A DNA stretch of 30,031 bases from Mucilaginibacter polytrichastri (GCF_001911425.1 NZ_MPPL01000002.1:48067-78097); one strand, 5' to 3'; positions 19,219 through 26,187 are shown, counted from the stretch's first letter. Made by a program: numbers and translations. Notes: generated by a model from the sequence alone, not told the origin.

Positions 19219-19710
19219 ATGGCTAGCAAAGAACAATTTGAGTTTTTCAAGACGCTTTATGTCGAAGAAAGCGCTCGTTATACCGAGTTGACTAAGAAAG
19301 CAGAAGTATACTTTTCAGTGATTTCTTTGTTCCTGTCGGCCGTGCTGTTTAAAATCAAAGATATTTTTGACAGCGCGAACGGCTTACACAACAAGGTATT
19401 ACTCCTCTTTTTTTGTGTAGGACTTCTTTCGCTTGGGATCGCGCTTTTTCTGTTACTTTTTTCCCTTAAGATCAGGGTTTATGAAGGCGTAACCGACCTG
19501 GATGAATTCGTCGCCAAAAATGACCAAACCACACAGAACGATGAAGAGTTCTTTCAGGACCGGGTGGCAGATTATATTGTTGCCATCAGGCGGAACGAAG
19601 CGCAAAACGATCAGAGGGCAGGCCAATTAGCGTTAACCGGTTATTTTATCTTAGCTGGCCTGCTGTTCACCATCACTTTTATCATTTATTTCTTTATTTT
19701 AAAAATGTAG
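19219..19710 (+). CDS. Small 3-TM membrane protein of unknown function
   Basis: 163 aa, starting 1 nt after the nuclease stop (ttTGAtATGg). It has an N-terminal helix, TM1 (VYFSVISLFLSAVLF), TM2 (VLLLFFCVGLLSLGIALFLLLFSL), a soluble stretch of about 50 aa, and a C-terminal TM (LTGYFILAGLLFTITFIIYFFIL). Confidence 0.6.
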   Translation: MASKEQFEFFKTLYVEESARYTELTKKAEVYFSVISLFLSAVLFKIKDIFDSANGLHNKVLLLFFCVGLLSLGIALFLLLFSLKIRVYEGVTDLDEFVAKNDQTTQNDEEFFQDRVADYIVAIRRNEAQNDQRAGQLALTGYFILAGLLFTITFIIYFFILKM

Positions 19711-19714
19711 TATC

Positions 19715-19840
19715 ATGAGTAAAAAAGATAAGAAAGACAAAGCAGGAAAAGATCAACGGAAAGAAAAAGATAAGCCGAAATCACCATCGCTATCGGAGTC
19801 TGTCAAGCAAAGAGAAGGTAAAACAATCGGTAAGAAATAG
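19715..19840 (+). CDS. 41-aa lysine-rich micro-ORF (not in the ORF track)
   Basis: The ATG at 19715 translates to MSKKDKKDKAGKDQRKEKDKPKSPSLSESVKQREGKTIGKK, with a TAG at 19838-19840. It fills the 133-nt gap between flanking genes almost exactly, starting 4 nt after the upstream stop and ending 3-6 nt before the next start. Its low complexity keeps coding status uncertain. Confidence 0.4.
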   Translation: MSKKDKKDKAGKDQRKEKDKPKSPSLSESVKQREGKTIGKK

Positions 19841-19843
19841 TTT

Positions 19844-20392
19844 GTGATGAAATTAAATTCGACTGAAAACCGTTACGAAACCAATCTGCTTAACACTTCA
19901 AATTTAATGGCTGCTGGAACAGCACAATTAGTTTCCATTAAGATCAGGCCCATTGATTCGCTGCCTCATAGCGATGAGGATGAGTTTTGTGACGCTTATG
20001 TCTATCCAGACGAGTACCAAAACTTCAGAGATTTTTTGTCAGCGGAAAGATTAATAGCGACAGGATTAGTCAACCAGGGACAAACCGTGCGTTATGCAAA
20101 TGTGAATGGCGAGGATTATCTTTTCGTTGAACATGAGACCGGCCCGGAGATCATTGCGGCACTGGCTTTGATCACATCCTCGCTAACTTTAGGAAAATCG
20201 ATTGTCGACCTGATCACAACCATTATCAAAACGGTCAGCGAGTCGGGCGAGAAAAAGAGAAAGGGAGAACCGAGTGGTCGTTATCAGGCAGCGAAGGCCA
20301 TCACGATTGAAAACGTACGGAGAAGGAAACCAAAATCCTTAAGGTCATTCAATTACCTGCCGCCGGAGATGAGATCAAGCTCGAAGAACTGA
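19844..20392 (+). CDS. Hypothetical protein
   Basis: 182 aa. The start is either the GTG at 19844 or the adjacent ATG at 19847. It has one hydrophobic helix (PEIIAALALITSSLTLGKSIVDLITTII) and a basic tail. I recognise no family. Confidence 0.5.
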   Translation: MMKLNSTENRYETNLLNTSNLMAAGTAQLVSIKIRPIDSLPHSDEDEFCDAYVYPDEYQNFRDFLSAERLIATGLVNQGQTVRYANVNGEDYLFVEHETGPEIIAALALITSSLTLGKSIVDLITTIIKTVSESGEKKRKGEPSGRYQAAKAITIENVRRRKPKSLRSFNYLPPEMRSSSKN

Positions 20393-20445
20393 AAAAGCTA
20401 CTAGATGAACTTTAACAAGCACCCATTCAACCTCAATTTAAAACA

Positions 20446-21297
20446 ATGACTACTACCGCCGCTCCCGAGCCCCATATTCAACAACCTGACCTTAAAACCA
20501 TCGACTGGATTCTCATCGTTGTTGTGATGCTCGTACTGGGTTTGGCGGGCTTTACTTTATATCAAAATCTGCATTCCCAAGATCAAGTGTACGATAAGGT
20601 GATCGCGCAATTCATGAACGCGAAAGACACGTCGACCTCTTCCGCAGCGGTTTTGGCTTTTTCCCGTGCGCGAGATTTTGCCAATATGAAAGCGGCTAGT
20701 ATGTTGGTTGGCTTTCTGCTGATCTTTACAGGTGCCTTATTTCTACTGAAGATTTTTGCCTTGTCTTATCACCTTAAAGCTGATAAAACACCGGCGGGTA
20801 GTTTCAGTTTGGAAAGTTCGTCGCCTGGGTTGGTGATGATCACCCTCGGGGTTGCGATCATGAGTGTCGTATTGTTGACGAAAACGGAAGTCGGCCTGGA
20901 AACTGAAACAAGGCCTGACATCGAAGCAGTGTTAAAAAGAATAGATAGCCTGGAAACAGCGTGCGCTTCGGCCAACTCATCAAAACCAGCCGACAAATCT
21001 CCGAATCAAAAAGCGACTGAAACGACACTGACTGATAGTGTTCATTTAAAGAAAGGCCTGACGCATCAGCAACTGGACCAATTGGTACGGCATCTTCAGT
21101 CTGATGCTAGTTTGAAAGTCCGGTTAACTGCGCCAGGAGGCGATATGGCCAGTAGAAACCTGATCAATGCGATCCGCTTGCAATTGCTTAACGCGGGTAT
21201 TGCCTTAACGCGCATCAAAGTGACCAGCTACGGCGAAACGCACCCGCAAGCGGAAACAAGTGGGCAGCCCGGCATCCTTCTTCAAATCATCAAATAA
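20446..21297 (+). CDS. Membrane protein with C-terminal OmpA/MotB-like (peptidoglycan-binding-like) domain
   Basis: 283 aa with three TM segments (IDWILIVVVMLVLGLAGFTLY, MLVGFLLIFTGALFLLKIFAL, PGLVMITLGVAIMSVVLL). The C-terminus VRLTAPGGDMASRNLINAIRLQLLNAGIALTRIKVTSYGETHP resembles the OmpA_C pattern (x-x-G-x-x-D ... N-x-x-L-S-x-x-R-A ... G-I ... R-I ... G-Y-G-E-x-x-P), but it is divergent. Confidence 0.55.
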   Translation: MTTTAAPEPHIQQPDLKTIDWILIVVVMLVLGLAGFTLYQNLHSQDQVYDKVIAQFMNAKDTSTSSAAVLAFSRARDFANMKAASMLVGFLLIFTGALFLLKIFALSYHLKADKTPAGSFSLESSSPGLVMITLGVAIMSVVLLTKTEVGLETETRPDIEAVLKRIDSLETACASANSSKPADKSPNQKATETTLTDSVHLKKGLTHQQLDQLVRHLQSDASLKVRLTAPGGDMASRNLINAIRLQLLNAGIALTRIKVTSYGETHPQAETSGQPGILLQIIK

Positions 21298-21336
21298 CTT
21301 ACAATTGCTAATTTTTTTTAGTGATTTTATACTCTT

Positions 21337-22341
21337 ATGGAAGTAAAACAGTTCATTATTCATAAGCTGGAGAAACAATCCGGTTTTAACGCCAAAAAAA
21401 CAGAACGTAAGGCACCGGTGGCGATCACCCAGCTTCATGCAGATTTCATGTCCCAGGTAAAGGATGTTTATTACAAAAAATCCAATCCGATATACGGCGT
21501 CTTTGACAGCGCAGCAGCGAGTTATCCTTATCAGACGTTTTTAGATAGCTATTTGAAGGGCAATCTGGCTTTTTCTGCTTTCACCAGTAAGGCGCTCGGG
21601 CATTTCGAGAAGATCATTAATGAGGTGACCCAGGCTACAGGTGGTTACGTGCTATTTTGCCACTTTATAACTACCGAAGATTTTATGGCGGTGATCGTTC
21701 TCAACGACAAAGAAAGCTACTTGGTCGGCGACGACCTTGACCTGAAATCTGATTTTAGTCTGGATATCGAAAAATTGGATGTGGCCAATTTTTCCAATTG
21801 CGCCAAATGGAATAATAACGAAGATGTCTATTTATCTTTTACCCGTGGAAAAAAAGACGTTTCTAATTACTTTAAAAAATTTATCGGCTGTACCGACTAT
21901 ACCTCGGCTAAAGAATCGTCGGAGAAATTAAAAAAGGCCCTTAGCGATTTTCTGATTGGTCAAGGTTTGGATAAGGAAAGGATCGAAGCCATCAAAAGCG
22001 AGGTCTTTACCTATTGTGAACAGCGAATGAAAAATAAAGAAGATATCAGTCTCAACACGGTATCTTCAATCGTTAATCAGGATGACCCCGAATTGTTTAA
22101 AGAATTTGCCGCTTCAGAGGCCTATGAGGTGAGCAGCGTGTTTAAGGGACATGCAACGCTAAAGAGCCTCCGTTATTATTCTTTTAAAAGCCAGGAACTT
22201 ACCATCGTCTTTGACAGCAAACTATTGGACCATAAAGTGATTTTTGACGCGGGTTCAAATGAATTGCTAATCAAGGAAGTACCTGAAAAATTACGCGCCC
22301 AATTGAACAGACAAGCGCCTGCTGCTGAAACCAATGAATAA
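21337..22341 (+). CDS. NdpA/YejK-family nucleoid-associated protein homologue
   Basis: 334 aa. From memory it aligns along its length with E. coli YejK: IIHKLEK versus ALHQLIK, IYGVF versus AYGLF, GGYVLFCHF versus GGFVLFCHY, and YLSFTRGKKDVSNYFKKFIG versus [22 protein letters not shown]. The C-terminus also matches, LLIKEVPEKLRAQLNRQ versus LTIKGTPPNLRDQLQRR. Confidence 0.88.
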   Translation: MEVKQFIIHKLEKQSGFNAKKTERKAPVAITQLHADFMSQVKDVYYKKSNPIYGVFDSAAASYPYQTFLDSYLKGNLAFSAFTSKALGHFEKIINEVTQATGGYVLFCHFITTEDFMAVIVLNDKESYLVGDDLDLKSDFSLDIEKLDVANFSNCAKWNNNEDVYLSFTRGKKDVSNYFKKFIGCTDYTSAKESSEKLKKALSDFLIGQGLDKERIEAIKSEVFTYCEQRMKNKEDISLNTVSSIVNQDDPELFKEFAASEAYEVSSVFKGHATLKSLRYYSFKSQELTIVFDSKLLDHKVIFDAGSNELLIKEVPEKLRAQLNRQAPAAETNE

Positions 22342-23518
22342 CGATACCCTCCATATAATCGCAGAGATTCGCCAAAAGCTGAATGACATGGCTTATGATA
22401 GTGGCGAATTGTCTGGAAATATTGTTTTGGATGAGACAGTCATCCCGCAGTTGATCTTGCTGAGTGAAGCCGGTGTGATAGAAGATATGTTGCCGGCCGA
22501 GGGTACGACAATAGCTGTAAAGTTGCTGCAGGCCGGCCAAACGGTTGCCCTAACCATTTATGCTAAACAACTTTCACGAGGGATTTATTACGATTCTGTA
22601 GCGGAGTTTGTAAAAGGCAACCCCGGGACGCTGCCGGCGCAGGCATTTTATATTGCGGATATCGCTTATTTTTCAGATCAAGGCCTATCAGTTCCTGCGA
22701 TGGCGCAGTTTGCTGATATCGCCCGCTTAATTAGCTTATTGACCGAACTTTCGGATTATATACAAACAGGACTTGGTAAAAACAGGACGCTGATCTTTTT
22801 TCAGAAAAAGAAGTTGAATGTTCCTTTGACTTTTGACAGTAGCCAGCTTCGTGAGATTCCTTATCTCGACAAGTTGGAATCGCAACTTCACGAAGCGCAC
22901 GACAAAGAAGAACGCAAAACGATTTTTAAGACCGAATTAGTCAGCAGTTTACAGGAGGTCCCGGCTGCCGAGGTTTTTGACCGGTTGCTGTCCGATCTCG
23001 ACCAGATCTACGAACACTACCTGCAGAGTCACCTGCTTTACCTGGAAAAATTTTCTTACCAAGATCTTAAAGCGGCAGTAGACAAAGACCAGCTTGAATA
23101 CACCAAAAAGATATACAATACTGTCAATGATATTCAAAGCAAACTCATCGCTGTGCCGGCCGCTTTTCTGCTTATCTTTGCGCAATTTGATTTTACCGGT
23201 GCCCAACTATTCAAAAATGTCCTGATTTTTATCGGTGCAGTGCTGTTCGCCATTTTAATCGACATCTTGCTCCGTAACCAATTTGGCGTGTTAAGCTATA
23301 TCCGTACAGAGCTCGAAAGCTTGAAAACCAATCTCAAAAATAAGGATACCCAAGTCGATCTATCCGCTTTCATCACTTCCTTCGCCGGACTTGAACCCAT
23401 CATGGCCAAGCAACGCAATTACCTTTTGTTTTTCCGGCTCATTACCTGGCTTGTGCCAGCAGTTACGTTCATCATGCTCTTGATCTTTACGCATACAAAA
23501 GTAGCAACAGCCCACTAA
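22334..23518 (+). CDS. Hypothetical protein with soluble N-terminal region and C-terminal 3-TM anchor
   Basis: 394 aa. Its start overlaps the NdpA-like stop by 8 nt (AATGAATAA). The C-terminal helices are LIAVPAAFLLIFAQF, VLIFIGAVLFAILIDILL and LLFFRLITWLVPAVTFIMLLIF. I recognise no family. Confidence 0.6.
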   Translation: MNNDTLHIIAEIRQKLNDMAYDSGELSGNIVLDETVIPQLILLSEAGVIEDMLPAEGTTIAVKLLQAGQTVALTIYAKQLSRGIYYDSVAEFVKGNPGTLPAQAFYIADIAYFSDQGLSVPAMAQFADIARLISLLTELSDYIQTGLGKNRTLIFFQKKKLNVPLTFDSSQLREIPYLDKLESQLHEAHDKEERKTIFKTELVSSLQEVPAAEVFDRLLSDLDQIYEHYLQSHLLYLEKFSYQDLKAAVDKDQLEYTKKIYNTVNDIQSKLIAVPAAFLLIFAQFDFTGAQLFKNVLIFIGAVLFAILIDILLRNQFGVLSYIRTELESLKTNLKNKDTQVDLSAFITSFAGLEPIMAKQRNYLLFFRLITWLVPAVTFIMLLIFTHTKVATAH

Positions 23519-23524
23519 ACCGAG

Positions 23525-23859
23525 CTATCTTTTTCGTTTACTGGGCCCATATCTTTTATCACTTTCATATCGGTCACGCGCGATTAAAACTGGGTAGGTA
23601 GCAAGTTTTTTGTTACCTAACATCTGGCCGACGATTTCGATGGATACGCCGTTGGTCAAGGTAACCTTCGTGGCGAAGGTGTGGGGTAGGCCAGGTGTTT
23701 GATGATGATGGCTTTATCGGCGATAAGCTTTAAGTAGGCGTTAGCTTTAGGTTACTGATGCATGGTATGGGTTCGTCTTCGGGGCGCGGGAATGTCAGTG
23801 CTGATCATAAAACAACCATCTTCATGCTCCCATTCGATATACTCAGTTTGATGCTCACT
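23525..23859 (-). pseudogene. Decayed tyrosine recombinase (Bacteroidota-type integrase) C-terminal remnant
   Basis: The minus-strand translation gives fragments ...EYIEWEHEDGCFMISTDIPAP..., ...NAYLKLIADKAIIIKHLAYP and HTFATKVTLTNGVSIEIVGQMLGN.... These match the conserved integrase blocks (NaYLKeIa..., lTxHxaRHTFAT, NGVsIExVsxMLGH). They are interrupted by a stop (TAA) and at least two frame changes. The N-terminal half is missing. Confidence 0.7.
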
Positions 23860-23913
23860 TATTATTATTAAATCGCCAATCTGTCAAGCATCTTAGCGAA
23901 GTACGTTAAACAG

Positions 23914-23953
23914 AATGGCAATTGGCAGAATATGCCCATATTCTGCCAATTGC
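23914..23953. repeat. Near-perfect hairpin / inverted repeat built on GCCAATTGC
   Basis: gcaattggcagaatatg (23918-23934) and catattctgccaattgc (23937-23953) are exact reverse complements separated by cc. The 13-mer aatggcaattggc (23914-23926) recurs as its exact reverse complement at 24037-24049. Confidence 0.7.
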
Positions 23954-24036
23954 TGTAAATTCCAAAAACCGCAAACAAAAGCTAAAGACCGAAATGGTAG
24001 TCGTCAATTACCCTTTTCATTTGGCAAAGAATTACA

Positions 24037-24049
24037 GCCAATTGCCATT
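24037..24049. repeat. Third copy of the GCCAATTGCCATT motif
   Basis: gccaattgccatt is the exact reverse complement of 23914-23926. Confidence 0.6.
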
Positions 24050-24545
24050 TTTAAATATGTAGTGCTCTGATAAATCTGGGTCAGGATGTTTTGCTATGAG
24101 TTAAATGTGGTTTTAATTATTAACATCGCTTTTTAAAGTTTGCAAATGAAAGCCGAATATTTATAAGAAAAGCAACTGCTCTTCCTAGCCAAATTTGACC
24201 CGTAAAGGACAGAAAGTAATAGAGCGATTGCTGGTTGAGTTCATTGCCGCTGGTCCTCGTCAGCCCATACTTAATTGTCTATAGAAGACTATGTATTGGG
24301 ACGATACAGGATAATCACTTTTAAACGTTTTGCTATTGGATGGAAATGAAATTAGCTTCCTTTGGGCGTATTGCCGGAAGCCCAGCTTTTCAATATGACG
24401 TTTAGTACGGAACACTTATATCATTGATTTTACCAAATAAGGCTTAATGTTCGTAGTCCGCAACCCGTGAATATTAAGCCTCGTTTTACAACGCTGATTT
24501 TTTTTGATGCGGCGTTTATTCAACAGGTGTTAGCACTTAAAGTTT

Positions 24546-24587
24546 TACAGAACTATTTATTCTGTACGTATAATTTCCGTATATTTG
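24546..24587 (+). promoter_or_regulatory. Candidate operator (7-bp inverted repeat) plus Bacteroidota-type -7 box upstream of the TA operon
   Basis: tacagaa (24546-24552) / ttctgta (24560-24566) form an inverted repeat with a 7-nt spacer. tatatttg (24580-24587) matches the Bacteroidetes -7 consensus TAnnTTTG exactly and ends 18 nt before the ATG at 24606. Confidence 0.4.
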
Positions 24588-24605
24588 TTTAAGTAGAAAA
24601 TTGAT

Positions 24606-24902
24606 ATGGAAAAGCAATTAACGTTATCAGCAAAAGCGAGGTTTGATGCCAAGATCCCAAAAGTTCAAAAAGAACTATTTGAATATGCTGCCAGTCTTGG
24701 GGGATTTCGCACACTGACCGATTTTATTATTAATGCGGTACAGGAAAAGGCAAGTGCCATTATTCAGGAACACAATACCATTATTGCATCTGAAAAGGAC
24801 CGGGAGATATTTTTTAATGCCCTAATGAATCCATCCGGGCCAAATCAGAAACTAAAGGACGCAGCCGAAAAGTATAAATTGTTTATTCGAGAGAATAAAT
24901 GA
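24606..24902 (+). CDS. DUF1778-family (TacA-like, RHH) type II antitoxin
   Basis: 98 aa. The pattern ARFDAKIPKVQKELFEYAASLGGFRTLTDFIINAVQEKASAIIQEH...SEKDREIFFNALMNP is typical of DUF1778 antitoxins. Its stop overlaps the GNAT toxin start (ATGA at 24899). Confidence 0.88.
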   Translation: MEKQLTLSAKARFDAKIPKVQKELFEYAASLGGFRTLTDFIINAVQEKASAIIQEHNTIIASEKDREIFFNALMNPSGPNQKLKDAAEKYKLFIRENK

Positions 24903-25399
24903 GCGATAAAATAGAACTGCTGAACTCCGCGCTAAATAAAAAGGATTTCAGTTGCGGTAAGGAAATGCTGGATAATTACCTGCATACCCAGGCAAGTCAG
25001 GACGTTAAACGTAAGTTATGCGTTGTATTTGCGCTGTTTGAGGATACAAGTATTAAAGGTTATTATACACTTTCCAATGCTTCGGTGCCTGCCGCATTCA
25101 TGCCCGAAGCGGTCAAAAAAAAGATGCCGCGATCTTATGAGGCGCTTCCCGTTACCTTATTAGGGAGGCTGGCCGTCGATTCCAAATTCAAGGGACATGG
25201 ATTTGGGGGAATTCTGTTATTGGATGCCTTAAAAAGAAGCTTTGACATTGCCAGTCAAAGTTTGGGATCAATCGGTGTAGTGGTGGATCCTTTAGATGAC
25301 GATGCCGTAGCTTTTTATCAAAAGTTCGGCTTTGTTCTTTTGCCCGATAGCGGCAAAATGTTCCTTCCTATGGCTGATATTGCTCAACTAGCGTTATAG
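24899..25399 (+). CDS. GNAT-family acetyltransferase toxin (TacT/AtaT/KacT-like)
   Basis: 166 aa. It has FSCGKEMLDNYLHTQASQD, GYYTLSNASV, LLGRLAVDSKFKGHGFGGILLLDAL and AFYQKFGF, the characteristic blocks of GNAT toxins paired with DUF1778. Confidence 0.88.
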   Translation: MSDKIELLNSALNKKDFSCGKEMLDNYLHTQASQDVKRKLCVVFALFEDTSIKGYYTLSNASVPAAFMPEAVKKKMPRSYEALPVTLLGRLAVDSKFKGHGFGGILLLDALKRSFDIASQSLGSIGVVVDPLDDDAVAFYQKFGFVLLPDSGKMFLPMADIAQLAL

Positions 25400-25575
25400 C
25401 GCTGGCAAAATTATATCGCTTAACTGCCTGTCTCCTATTTTATCAATTAGTTGATCAGGCGAATTTGATGGCCATGGGAAAACGGCGCGACCATCGTTGC
25501 ATAACCGCGTGGCGGTGGTGGCCTAACTTTCTACGCTGCATCCATGTACCCGGAAAACTGGGTTAATTCGTTACA

Positions 25576-26187
25576 ATGTTACGCTACTTTCTGGAATACC
25601 ACTTATTTCTACCGGTATTTAGATTTGATAATTACAACGGGCATCCTTATACTTTTAGACATTTTATCACTAACGTTTTCTTCTATTACTTCCCGTCTTA
25701 CTTTGTTTATGGCCTGATATATTTCTTCGTTTCGGGCTGGTATAAAACCAAGCAGCATCAGCAAGAACTTGAAAAGGAAAATACCGCGGCCGAGCTCAAT
25801 TTCCTGCGCTCGCAGGTCAACCCGCATTTCCTTTTCAATAGTATTAATGATATTTATTCACTGACCTATCAGCAATCGGTACAAGCGCCGGCCGCATTAT
25901 TAAAACTTCTAAAATCCTGCGTTACATGCTGCGAAGGTAAAGCGGATACGATGCCGCTACAAAACGAAGTGACTTACCTGGAAAATGTAATTGAACTTCA
26001 ACGGATCAGCGCGAAAGGCCAGGCTTTTATTAATTTTACGGTGGAGGGCTACATTGAAACGCAAATAATCGCTACGATGCTGTTGGTTGCTTTTGTCGAA
26101 AATGCATTTAAACACGGTGTGATAACAAATCCTGAGCACCCGATAGTAATTCATTACTTGCGCAGCCACCTCACCTCATTGCAGTAA
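25576..26187 (+). pseudogene. LytS/YehU-type sensor histidine kinase remnant (His_kinase domain only; scrambled and truncated)
   Basis: The signature LNFLRSQVNPHFLFNSIN and the later block FVENAFKHGV are present. The conserved ILRYML(YE) block is encoded out of frame (atc ctg cgt tac atg ctg at 25914-25931), flanked by compensating indels. The ORF stops before any ATPase (N/G-box) region, and no LytTR partner follows. Confidence 0.65.

Noticed and set aside
19219-19710. Temptation to call the 163-aa 3-TM protein a SLATT or Pycsar-type pore-forming effector
   Set aside because: The call would rest only on vague topology resemblance. I cannot point to a diagnostic motif, and there is no cyclase or signal-generating gene in the operon.
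20446-21297. Idea that the island is a Zorya-like (MotA/MotB-type) defence system, based on the OmpA/MotB-like protein
   Set aside because: No large ZorA/MotA-like pentameric membrane protein is present, and neither are the ZorC/D or ZorE-type partners. The OmpA-like protein has three TMs rather than the single MotB-type TM.
17186-23206. ORFs 17186..17416(-), 18902..19177(+), 20769..20996(-), 21205..21438(-), 22271..22540(-), 22949..23206(-) within the island operon
   Set aside because: Each overlaps a longer + strand gene that fits the tight operon structure. 18902..19177 is an alternative frame of the nuclease gene, whose own frame carries the catalytic motifs.
24440-24505. Hairpin aggcttaat (24440-24448) / attaagcct (24473-24481), followed later by a T8 run (24498-24505)
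   Set aside because: The loop is 24 nt, the T-run starts 16 nt after the stem, and there is no upstream gene to terminate. This is not a convincing terminator or RNA gene.
25609-26169. Antisense ORFs 25609..25827 and 25957..26169, and an open 54-codon minus-strand frame near 26150-26310 (..DGVIELLWKLFRIKPGFNGTPEQYLAIVHFMAKR..)
   Set aside because: The first two shadow the kinase remnant. The third has no start codon and no recognisable family. At most it is more gene debris.
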